Source: Vicugna vicugna (Eukaryota). Taken from it: DNA of 64,000 nucleotides. The stretch covers positions 1-64,000 of the forward strand of contig MU058141.1 of the NCBI GenBank assembly GCA_013265495.1, in the 5' to 3' direction. A program made the position numbers and the translations under genes. Shown piece after piece: positions 25,450 to 36,662 of the stretch (within the stretch, counting starts at the first letter, position 1; every line of letters begins with the position of its first letter). The notes beneath the pieces are model-generated. The model was not told where the DNA came from, did no database searches, and saw only the letters and a list, made by a program, of their open reading frames with translations.

Positions 25450-28430
25450 ACCACCCCGACCTGAGTGTGGGCTACTGTACAAAGGAGCCAGGCAATGACT
25501 TAGAAGAAGGAGAGGGAGGCTCTCCTCCCCTGGCTGTTGTGTTTTCAGGCAGCACAAGCACACTGAGTTCTAAACCGTGTGGTTGGGACACCGTCACTGG
25601 GAAAGTCATGGCCCATGGCAAAGGCAGATGTGGCTTGGACCCAGATCCCTCTGTCGCTGCATACCTTGCTGCTGTCCCATATCATCTCCCAATCCCATGA
25701 ATATCATGGGAAATTGCAATGCATGTTTTCCGCCATTAAGGCTCCCATTCCCAATATTATGGAGATAATAAATGACATCCCAAAAGCCCCGGGCCCGGGC
25801 TCTGCTGCCCTAGATCTGGCCAACATATTTCACTTTGTCACGATGACTGAAGACTCACAACTACAATTTGCTTGCAGTTTCAAGGGCATCCAGTATACCT
25901 TTACCAGCTGCCCATGGTTTATCTGAATAGCTTGTAACCCACGTAGCAAGATCTAAATTCACTTGAACTAACCACTGCCACCTTTGGCATTAAACGGATA
26001 ACATTCTACTGTGATGGTTCTCTGAGGATGCATCCCAGGAAGATTTACTCCTAGTAACACAGTATTTACAGCAGAGAAGACAGACGATGGCCCCACATAT
26101 GAGCCAAGGATGAGCTGCTGAGGTTGGCCAAGGGCCTCAAAATTCCTCTTGCTGTAAAACATCAGTTCACAACCAAGCCTCATGTTAAGGCAGGCCCAGC
26201 ATACAGCAGGTAGCTTCACCTTTTGGAAACAACATAGTCCACACTTATCCTTAAGCCTGTGTATGCTTTATATGCAAATTGGCTTCTTTCCACTGGGGAG
26301 AACCTCAGCAGGACGCCTTGCCGCTGGCCCAGCAAACCAGCCAGTGGGTCCTGCCTGTAGTCCCTCTGAACTAGACGTCCCAGCTGAGTCACTGCAACGC
26401 CTTGTGGAGTCGCTAGACTAAGCACGGCTTTACCTGGGGTTCTGGGCGTGGGGCTCCGGACCGACCGCCTGCCCCAGACAGCAGCCTGGGACATGACACT
26501 CACGTCAAACGTTTGACGCCTACTGGGCCCCTTTAGAGACAGAGGCATCATAGGGCTCACAGCCCGGATTGCCTCCCACATGAGTCCCCGTCCTGCCTTG
26601 AGCGGGAATTCAATCCAGCAGAGTCTTGCATGGCCACTGAGGCCTCACTGTTAAAAGGCAGTGGGGTACCTGCAGGGAAGGACTAAACTGAAGTCAAGGG
26701 CCTTTGCAGATTATAGGAAAATGAGGCACCCCTGCCTGCATGCTCAGCCTATTGCCCACTGACACCGAGGTACGGCTACTGGCACCCCCACTGATGGCTC
26801 CTCCACTGGGCCCCCTTGGGACCCACCGTCTGATGTGGAAAGGGCGTTGGTGTTCCTCCCAGACAGCAGCGCCAGCGCGGTGTGCAGTGCAGCCCACGGG
26901 GAGGCTGCGGCATTTCTTCCTGCTAGCGGCGCGTCCCTAGTTGGGGAGGGCTCTCCTGACTGGCTCAGCTGGCAGAAGTGGTGGCAGTGCCTGTGGCTCT
27001 ATAAGAGGCCTTAAAGATGGGACTCCCAAGGACACACATTTTTTTTTCCTGACACCAGGCAGTAAATGGGCATGCTGTCTGGTCTGGACAAAAGGAAAAG
27101 GATAATTTCATGATTCAGGGAAAGCCTCTGTGGCGCATTTCCATTTGGAGAGAGAGAGCCAGCTCACCCATGCAGATTGTGGTCACGTGTGTCTCTGCGC
27201 ACACACGGCAACACACACCAGGAGCACATTATAATCACACGGCAGACTCCTTGTCCAGTCTCCATGCCTGCTCCAAGGCCCCACATGGGTCACCTCCTGG
27301 AGGACCAGACACAGCCGGGACACAGCAGGGACACCACACGCACTAGCACAGTGGGGCCATGTCACCCCCAGCCACAGGGGAGTGACAGTGCTCACGGACG
27401 GAGCAGACAGGTTTCCCCCTTGCCACAGTTCTAGCTAAAGTGGTGGTAAATAAGTACTCTCTTTGTTCCCAAATAGAATTCTAGAAGGCTCCCACGTGGG
27501 GACAAGTGCCCTTGGGTGACAGACCCTATTCAGGAAGGCACACTGATTTTCTTGGACCACTGCTGCTCTCTGCTGGAGCTGGTCGCTGTGCGCTCACCAT
27601 CAGTGATACCTGCAGGGGGCTCCTGCTGGCTGCTTCCTCCAGAAACGCTGCATCAACCCTGCAACCTGCTTCTTTACCAGGTATGTGTTCATCACTTTGG
27701 GCTGTCGACATAAATAAAATCACACAACATGAGAGTCGTGGGTTAAGTTTCACTTAGGACAAAATGAGGACTATAGCCCAGGAGACAGCACCTCAGAGAG
27801 CTCTGAGGAACTGCTCCAAAGAGGCGGGGGGACTCAGTATTATATCTGATTTCAGTGAAGTGGGCACGTGCAGTTAAGCACACATTTAGGAGGAGGCTGC
27901 TGCTATTCATGAGGAGCAGATGTCACCGTTGATGAATTTAGTACTTTTCCAGATACAAGGAGAAACAAGAATTTGGGCTTATAAAATCTTCTCCTGAAAA
28001 TATTTGACTATCTGAAGGCTTGTTCTGCCAGTGTTCCCAGAGCACAGAGCGCCTCACTCCTGCTCTCCACCCTGAACTCCTTGCAGGGCGTGTTGGAGCT
28101 CAGCGGCTGCAGCGGCTCGTGATTAATCCAAGCAGAGGTAGGTGGCAAGTGCCCATGTGATCCAATCCTTGCAGAGGCAGGTGGCAAGTGTCAGTTTTCA
28201 GTTGGCAGGACCCACCAGGTATTGTAGATACCTCCTAAGCTGTTCAGCCATGGGCTCTAGAACATGGAATCTTGTGGAATTTCCACCTAGCTTACAGGTC
28301 CCAAGTGCACAGACTTACAGAGAAGCACAGTGGTTTACTCAAAGGTACCCTCCTCAAGCTTTTAAACAGTAAGTGGTTCCCCAAATGGACAGATATTTTA
28401 CCCTAAGCTCTAACACTACTTAATTCCTGT
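25450..28430 (+). mobile_element. Decayed ERV-L (class III) pol remnant: RT, RNase H and integrase, interrupted by an LTR at 27703-28207
   Basis: RT-like AALDLANIFHF...QLQFACSFKGIQYTFT (about 25800-25905). AYWAPLETE at about 26520. IQGKPLW...VVTCVSAH (27110-27200). Integrase-like PLGDRP...DFLGPL...ISDTCRG (27510-27620), EHGILWNFHLAYRSQ...EKHSGLLK (28260-28343) and WTDILP*ALTLLN. Confidence 0.85.
27703..28207 (-). mobile_element. ERV1-class solo LTR (MER41-like artiodactyl family)
   Basis: TG...CA ends, 505 bp, 4-bp TSD gggc/ggac. Its 3' part is homologous to the LTR at 55208-55714. Confidence 0.8.
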
Positions 28431-28879
28431 CCCTTAGATCTCCAACCCCCCGCCCCCACAACACATACACTATGACCAGTCTTCTCCAAGGACTCCATAG
28501 TTAGCACTCACAGGGAACTCCCACTCCTTTGACGCTGGAGAGACATCATTCACATCCACTCACAGGATCAATGCTCCCTTTATCCCTTTACCATTTTGTT
28601 TTTTAGACGTCTCCCCATCTTTCACACACTCGTGATGTGATCGAGGGTGAAGTATACAGCACGACCTTCTCATGTTAGAGAGCTCAGGGGACAAACTGAG
28701 AGATCAGGATTGTACCAGCCATGAAGCTAAGGCCAAATGTGTGTTTCAAACACAACTACATATTTTTAAATTAAATTAAATAATTTTAAATTAAAAAGTT
28801 CATTCTCTATAAATGACACGGTTCATAGAAATCTCACTATCATGACTACCCTGAGATATAACGATTTGTTTTATCCTTA

Positions 28880-29060
28880 CCACTAGTAGGCTTAGGTTAA
28901 GAGCTGAGCCACTTGCCACTTGTATTTCCCAGCTCCATTGCATAAAAAGAGTAGAACCTTGAGCAATTTTATTTAATCCTCACCTGTATATTCTCATTAG
29001 TGAAAAGGACATAATAATCGGACTTATATTTTAGGTATTTATGTTTACCACTTAAAAGAT
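28880..29060 (+). mobile_element. MIR
   Basis: ggttaagagc...tcccagctccatt...accttgagcaattttatttaa. Confidence 0.55.
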
Positions 29061-29934
29061 GCATCACTACATTTTAAGTGATTTGGAAAATAACTTTGGT
29101 GTTCATCTTTATTTTTCTTACTTTTCAACAAAATTGAAAAATGTATACTAATGAAAGTATCAAGGTACATCATTAATTGTGCTCAGTTTTCTATATTAAC
29201 AGTGCATTGAGGTATTAGCTTCACAGATAGGGAAATTGACACATATTATAATTATCTTTAAATAACTTGAATTACTTACTTTTGACAGTAAATAAACCAG
29301 AAATTGAATTTTACTTTTTCTATTCCTATCTCAAAAATGAAGTTTATAAAAGTGTGCGTTGAGTTTGTGTCCCTTCCATCCAATCATCTAAATCCTGTCT
29401 GCTCAGGCTATCACTTTTGGGAAGACGATGTAAGAAAGTTTCAGTATATAGCTGGCATAACTGTGCATCGCTGCTGTCAAGAATTCCTAGGCAGAGACTG
29501 TCATCTTAAAAGGTTACTGTGACATTTCTAGAATATGCTTTTTCAAATATGAATGAAACATGTTGCCTTTTTGGTTGAGGGTAGGGAAGGCATGGAACCT
29601 GACATTTTCTGCAGTGCCAAAATTAGAAAACAAAGTATTAGAATGCCAACATTAATCAATCACTCAACAGGTATTTATGTAATACCTACTTAGGTGTCCA
29701 ATGCATTTCTTGGAACTAGCATTTTACCAGATTTAAGTGTTTAACCAAACGCAACCTAAAAATTATGGAGTTGCTTTCATCTTAATTGTATAGATCTGCC
29801 AATAGAATGTTTCATGTTGGTGCTACTGAAGTACCTACACCTTTTTGAATGAATATTTCCTCTGCTCAGAGTTATCACGAAGGTAGAGTCAAATTCTACC
29901 CATAATAAAGTTCAACTCTTTGAAGAAATGAATA

Positions 29935-30065
29935 TCAAAGTTATATAGTTAAGATGAATACATATATCAAATCATGATGTTGTACACCTTAAACTTATAC
30001 ATCAATTATATCTAATTGATATATATCAATTATATCTCAATAACAATGGAAAAAGATAAATAATA
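29935..30065 (+). mobile_element. Short L1 3'-terminal fragment (L1MA-like)
   Basis: atcaaatcatgatgttgtacaccttaaacttatac...tcaattatatctcaataa. Confidence 0.7.
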
Positions 30066-30890
30066 ATTTCAAACAAATAACTTTGTAATGCTAATGTTTT
30101 GCTCTTCTAAAAGAAAAGTAGAATATATTGGAAGTAGAATCAATCACCCTTTGGCTGTTTTTCACAAAGATTCACTGACACTGACAAAATCATTTAAGAA
30201 AGATTTATTTTAAGCTATGTTAATAGTAAGGATAATGGAAATAAATGTAAACTGTTACACAACAGCATAGATTTTACATATTGATTAAAAACTCATTTAA
30301 AATCCTCTTGATTGTAAAAGGAAAGAGACAAAGATTATGGCAAGAGTCTTAGGAATGCTTCTAAATATTTCACAATGAGTAGGAGGTTTGTTCAGATAAA
30401 TTTTGGAAAGAAGTTGCTGTGGCATCCTTCCTGTGGCGTTGTAAATGTCATGTTCCAAATTCAGGATAATTCCACAGCTGGAAAAGAGCTTTCGCATACT
30501 GTCTACCAGTTTTTCGTTATGCTCTTATTGATCGCTAATTCTTTCCTATATAAATCCTTGAATTGAATAAAGAATATCCATTGTGTTACTAATTTATGCA
30601 TACCCTAAAATCATCCCATTTATAATAATGGTAGAAAGTAAGATTAAATAAAGTAATTTTCTTTGTCTTTTTTTGTTTGTTTTTGCTCTTACGAATTAGA
30701 GTTGTGAGAAGAGCCTTTCCTCCTCTTTTTTTTCCTTAGCTGGTTTCCACATCTGGAAATAAAGTAGCTAGTGCAGCATGGAAGTAAATACTGTGTAGCC
30801 TTACAGAAATAATGAGATTATCAGGGAAACTGGATTTAAAGTGTAATATGTATAATAAATGTTTGAGTGGATGAAAATAAATTATATAAC

Positions 30891-30908
30891 TAGATAGATA
30901 GATAGATA
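30891..30908. repeat. (TAGA)n microsatellite
   Basis: tagatagatagatagata. Confidence 0.8.
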
Positions 30909-31879
30909 AAGTTTTACTGACTTTTTTGGAGCATATATATTTGTTTCTTAACTTTTAACCATCAGTGTACCTCTGGCTCCAAGCATCTTTGTTCATTCAC
31001 ATCAGTCTTCTCAAAGGAATCCAATTCCTGTGGTTTGCTGTTGGTTCCTGATTCAGGGTTGTCTCTAAAGTCCACGCCTAGGTAAGTTTGCAGGCTACTC
31101 TCTTTGCATATCAATAACTTGGTATATTTTGTCAATTTCAAAAAGAGAGATTTTTTAAAAGTAACCAAGAAAATACAAATCTAACTCTTTCTACCTAGTA
31201 ATCACAACTTTCAGGGAACAAATAAGGAAAAAAATACAAGAAACAAATAAATTCAAGCACTGAATCCCAGTGCCTTTTAGCAAGGAAGCAGGAGAGTTTT
31301 CCTTGGGACTCCCATCTTTTGTTCCCTTTCATCACACTCTTTCTCAAAATTTTCCCTGATCAACTGTCCCTTTATTTGGCCTTTTCACAATACTAAGCTT
31401 CTGAAAGTCGTGACCCAAACCTCAACCACACCAGAACAGATCCTGAAAAGCCAGTCTTTCTCTGCCTCTAGCATTTATTTTATGTCAATTACCATTATCA
31501 TAATTCTCGGCACTTTGTAAATATCTCAAACACATTTATCACATAACTTCATGTAAAATGGGACTTCCTTAGATTTGTGTGTCCTTCAAGATGTATCTGT
31601 AATTTCCTAAAGCAATCAGCCAAAATAATTATTGGCTAATTAACATTTATCCTTAAAACAATATCCAAGCACTATATCAGTCTGGAAAAAAATAAAAGGT
31701 TCCTGATAAATGAATAAAGAAATCACTAAGATACCTCCTATTACTTTTTTTTTTCCTGTTACTTTGAATAGTTCACTACCTAAATAAAGGAGAAGGCAGA
31801 AATAGCATATGCATAGTATGTATACATCTATATTTAAAATTAAGTACCATGTGTGATAAATCAAGTAGTACAATATTTA

Positions 31880-32620
31880 CGAATTCTTCCAACAAGTGTT
31901 TATCTCTTCTGTGTCTCCGGCATCACGATAAACAAAATATAAAATCCATGCCCTCATGAATTTTACATTCTATTTGAGGGAGACAGAAAATAATCATAGT
32001 AAACAAAGAAGTCATGTAACATGTTAAAATTGTGGTCGTGTTAAGAAGAAAACAACTTCAGTGTAAGAGCAACGGGTCAGTCTAGGGAAATACTGTTAAC
32101 TCTAAGTAAGATGGACAGAGTGGACCTCAATTTAAAAAATAGCCTTTGATAAAGAACTCAAAGGAAGTAAGGACACAGCTAGAGACAGAAGGAATGGTCA
32201 GTGTAAACACATGACGTTAGAGGTGGGGCGGAGAGCAAAGGGTGAGAGGCTGGAGCAAAGTAAATAAATAAAGAGATCAAAGGGGTCTGGAGAGGCCTTG
32301 AGGACATTGTAAGGAGTTTGCCTACTACTCTCGAGTAAAATGAAGGAGTAGAGTTTAGAACCACAGAACAATCAAAAGCGAAATTCATGCTGAAAGTATT
32401 TCTTTGATCTCAGTGCTGACGGTAGAGTGTAAGTGGGGCAAGGAGACAGGAGGGAGGCCACGGAGTCTAAGTGAACTGCGCTTAATAACCCAAAAAAACA
32501 GGTGTCGGCGGTTTGGGCTCAGTAATGGAAATGCTGAGAAGTGGTGGGATTCTGTATATGTTTTAAAGATGAAATGGAACCAACTTCTTAGAAGGGGATT
32601 TGCAAGAAAATGTCTGGTCC
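31880..32620 (-). mobile_element. L2 fragment
   Basis: aaatccatgccctcatgaattttacattcta...gagaagtggtgggattctgtatatgttttaaag is antisense L2. Confidence 0.7.
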
Positions 32621-32639
32621 AGGACTACCACGGAGTCTT

Positions 32640-32995
32640 GGGCTTGAGCGTGTCGCTGGAGTAAGTAAGCAAAGCCTCGGCTCTCTCCTGAGCGCTCAGC
32701 AAAACAAACGACTCAACTATTTACAACCCACACGGTGTCCAAGCCGGAGCCCTGAGCTCCTCTCCCTGGGCCAATACTGCACTCTTTCAAAGTAATGGGC
32801 ACGTCCAGCTGCCCAGTCAGGCACAGAAGGACACCATCGGTCAACTTTATTTCAACGTCGGGAACAGGGAGTACTCTCCACAGATGTGGAGTGGCAGCAC
32901 GGGAGCCAGGGAGGCTCCCTTCACTGCCACCAGCAGCTGCAGCTCTCCTGGTCTTGCAGCATCCCCTAGGGGTGCCCGCCCAGTCTCAAGTCCAC
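32640..32995 (+). mobile_element. Probable sense-strand L2 fragment, GC-shifted
   Basis: agtaatgggcacgtccagctgcccagtc and cactgccaccagc...ctctcctggtcttgcagcatccccta resemble the L2 body. Confidence 0.4.
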
Positions 32996-35250
32996 AGGGC
33001 GGGGGGCCTCCCTGCAGGATCAGCCAGTGCCAGGGTGAGTGGCTGTGTGGAGGGGAAGGGAGGGGACTTGGCAGGGGTGGGGGGTGGGTAGCAGAGGAGT
33101 TTTGCTTGTGAAGGCATAGTGAAGACATTATATATAGATATTTAGGTAGATGTGTTGATAAATGAATCCAAATATATAGATATCGCTAATTCTCAATTCT
33201 AAATCCTAAATTTCCTTATTTTAGAATATTCTAGACATCTAACTACTCATAGCTTAAATGTCTAAGTATACCAAAAAATGTCTGGAACTCTTGCAGTTCT
33301 GTGACAATATCTGCTTGACATACGTAGAGAAACACAGTAAGAGCGTGCATTTTCATTACATAAACTTTCTTTGATATTTTGTTGAAAATAGAGCAATGAG
33401 AATTAACTTAATCATTTCTAATGACCAAAGATTTACAATTTTATTTCACTTATCTGAGTATTTAGAACATGAAAAAGATGACAGAATAATTTCTTTCCAC
33501 TGGGCTTAAAAAAGTTAGTAAAAGTTGGGAATTTTCTTGTAAATTCTGAGTGTTTTGATAACTATTTTGTCATTTTTTTTTCACTTTCAATGAGAGGAAT
33601 TACATACACATATAAAGTTATATGTGATTTATTATGACATCTGTAGGATCTAGAATATCTTTTGATTTTTATAATAGCTGCTCAAAATATCTGATGAATG
33701 AACGAATACATGGATATATAAACTATCTGATAAAATCAACATTTGTCTGATAAAATCAACAACATGTTAATGAGAGTCATTTCCCCACTTCCCCCAGAAA
33801 AGAAACTGTGGACATAAAATAAAATATATATTGGGCATTCCTTTGCGAGAGCATAATGTAAGGGAAACTCACCGTCTGAGTAGGTCTTTACAGGTGTAAT
33901 TTTTAATTTCAGCATCTCCAAGAAATTAATTATATATTACCTTCATTATCAAACAATATTAGGATATCTCTTTCCAAGGACTGTTTCAGTACTCTAAAAA
34001 ATGATTTCTGTACAATATCATTTTTGTTGCCAAAGAAGTCTGCCATTCAATCTCCGTAAAGAGAATTTTTGGAAACCTGGTTTGAATGATGTTAGGGCCC
34101 ACAGATCCTTTAAATATATAAAAGTTGGATGGCAAATAAAATAAATGACAGAACAAGTTAATGTCAGTTTGAAATTATCTGAATGAGGATAATTAAAAAT
34201 ATTCAAATAAGAATTCAAATTACTGACATCTAATATTAATAAAAATAACTAATGCTGGACATTGTAAAACTAATTTTCAGTCAAATGAATCCTATAGTTT
34301 GAATCATAACTAACATGAAATGCTCATAAGATATACCTTCTTCTATCTTTTCCATTTTTTGCTGTTTTTATTTGAATGAATAAACCTTCTAGGATATTGA
34401 AGATTTTCTTGTTCTTTATTCAGCATACATGATCAAACTTTTTTTTCCCCTTAAGTTTTGTCCTTTTGACAGTCAACTTTCTGGGAGCATGAATCCATTC
34501 TTGGAATACAGGAAGTTGACCAAGTTAGGTTTACTATGGTCTGATGTGTCACTTAGCCTTGTAATGTGACTGTAATTTTAATTAGACCACACAAGGTTGT
34601 TTTTCTTTCATGATTAGAATACCATGCAAACTAAAATGTCTGTGGTCAGAGGGATGTGTGTCTTTTCAGCCTGGGAGCTGGGGGAAAAAATATCATGCAA
34701 GAAGATTGAAAAAATTAATTCTGCATTAAGGATATGTCAGTATTGCCCTTTGACTCACTCCAAAAGCATACCATTTTTGCTAATTGGAAAGCACACAATC
34801 TTTGGTATTGTTGACGATATACTCAGCAGGGAATGTGACTTCCAAGTGTAGGCCCAACAAAGTGCTCCATTTATGAATAAATCATGTTTGGATCTTGAGA
34901 AAAGAGGCATCAGTTAGTGGCAGTTGGCCTCCCTCAATCTCAGGAACTTCAGATAATTAACCACTGATACTTTTTTTTTTTTTCCATTCTATTGAATCAT
35001 TCAGTGACAGAAAAACAGACTTTGTTACAAACATACAATACACAATGGATTTTTGGAAACTTTACATAATCACAATGCTGTATCTTAATGGAATATTCAG
35101 CATTATTACTGTCATTACTAGGCATTTCAAAGTCACCATGGGAGGTAAGCATATTTTCCATTAAAAGATTATTTCAGTATGAAATCTGTCTGAACTATTA
35201 TTGCCCATAAACCTGAATAGCACAAATGTCATACAAAAATAAGAAAACGT

Positions 35251-35256
35251 TTTATT
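35251..35256 (-). terminator. Candidate distal poly(A) signal AATAAA
   Basis: Followed on the minus strand by a U/GU-rich tract (ttttcttatttttgtatgacatttgtg). Confidence 0.45.
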
Positions 35257-35624
35257 CTTTCAGATATTATTTTAGTCAATAAGAGCAAAACAAAATTACT
35301 GCATTGCTGGGATTTTGGGATATTCAGCATAAGGATGGCCATGTTTTAAATTTGCTTATATGGTAAATTTTTAGGCGATCTGTAAATGACTATCACTTTT
35401 AATGTGAAGAGTTTTCCACATATCACAGCATAGCAGGACTCAATGGAAAAATAATTCTTCCCTAAATCATTCTAATTTGGTTAGAGCTCTCTATAGTAAT
35501 TGTGATAACTTTGTTTTCTTACCTGCATTCAGTGTAATTTCGTACCAAGATGTTTGGTCCACGGAGAAACTTTTTTTTCCCAGGGAAAAAAAGAAGCTAG
35601 AGACAAGGTAGTTGTAAAAACTGG

Positions 35625-35630
35625 TTTATT
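35625..35630 (-). terminator. Poly(A) signal AATAAA, probable main CDH10 site
   Basis: TTTATT on the plus strand. Upstream U-rich and UGUA elements, downstream U-rich tract. Confidence 0.6.
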
Positions 35631-35916
35631 TTTTTTTTAAAAATAAATACAAAAATATAAATATAAAACATTAGCAGATAGAATTTGATGAAATGAAATT
35701 GCACAAACGTTTGTATACCAGGTTGCATATCACACCTACTAACACCACATGTACATTTTTTGTTTAATTTAATGTACAGAACAGGATATACTTTAAAATT
35801 TTTCTTCACCTTTTGAAAAGCTTCATTTGCAAGGGCAGGGCGTGTATCTAACAGAAGCGGCTTTTTGTGAGGCTGCTTAAGGGAGAACTATCCTGTTCAT
35901 GTTTCTGAAATTATCT

Positions 35917-35922
35917 TTTATT
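35917..35922 (-). terminator. Candidate proximal poly(A) signal AATAAA
   Basis: Hexamer about 250 nt after the stop codon. Motif only. Confidence 0.3.
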
Positions 35923-36171
35923 TCCTAAGATGGACAACACTGAATTTCCATAGCTTTGGCTCTTGGAAGTGATTAAATAAAATGTCGTATATATTCCATG
36001 AGACATTCTACAGGAAAGAATTAATGTAATTAATGAACAAATTAAAAAGTAAATGGGGAAACAAAATGGTGCTGAGTGGCAGGAAACTTCTCCTGAATAT
36101 CAAATCTCGTGAAGCGGAGAGGGTGTCGGTAAAGTTAATTCCTCTTGTTTGAGCTGAGCATACATCCCAGG

Positions 36172-36662
36172 TTAAGAGTCTTTGTCACTTTCCCCGCCAC
36201 CATACATTTCCGCCAGCTTATTGAACCGAGGGCCCCATTCTCGGAGGTAATCGTAGTTTTGGTCTCCATCAGTGGTGCCTGATTCTAAAGAACTCAAGGA
36301 TTCCGCGATGGAGTCGTTTCCTTCGTAGGCATAGGTTGCGAGAGAGTCGTAGGGAGGCGCGGTGGGATCCAGGTCGTGCTCTTTCAGCCTCTCGTTAATG
36401 AAATCCCGGACATCCGTGTTATCCGGCGCTGTAGGCGTCCTCCGCGGTATAAATAAAGTCTCCGGAATGATGTCTCGCCGCAGCTTTTTTTCCTCGATAG
36501 CGGCAGGATTCCTCAGGGTGCCGATATCAAAGGCTTGGGTATCCTCCTCGCCACCACCTTCATCGTTATAGCTCACGATGTTGTCTCTGATATCCTCTTT
36601 CGACAAGATCAGAGGCTCTTTTTTCCGCTGTCTTTTCAGAGCTGCGAACAGTACTACTATAA
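36172..36662 (-). CDS. CDH10: Cadherin-10 last exon (12), coding part 491 nt: end of TM and cytoplasmic domain with p120- and beta-catenin-binding regions, ending [14 protein letters not shown]
   Basis: [19 protein letters not shown] and WGPRFNKLA motifs. The tail ([49 protein letters not shown]) matches CDH10 rather than CDH6 or CDH9 as I recall them. Acceptor ttttttcaag|TT. Confidence 0.95.

Larger units (their letters stand above)
35230..36171 (-). other. CDH10: CDH10 3' UTR (3' end approximate, depends on the poly(A) site used)
   Basis: Non-repetitive AU-rich sequence after the stop codon, with three AATAAA hexamers on the minus strand. Confidence 0.7.

Noticed and set aside
25467..27757. 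Dense ORF cluster as a possible domesticated retroviral gene
   Set aside because: The pol motifs are scattered across frames with stops and deletions, and no YXDD motif is evident. High GC content inflates ORF counts.
36362..36571. Plus-strand ORF opposite the last exon (similarly 59576-59851, 59518-59787 and 39282-39482)
   Set aside because: Shadow ORFs of CDH10 exons with no independent coding signal.
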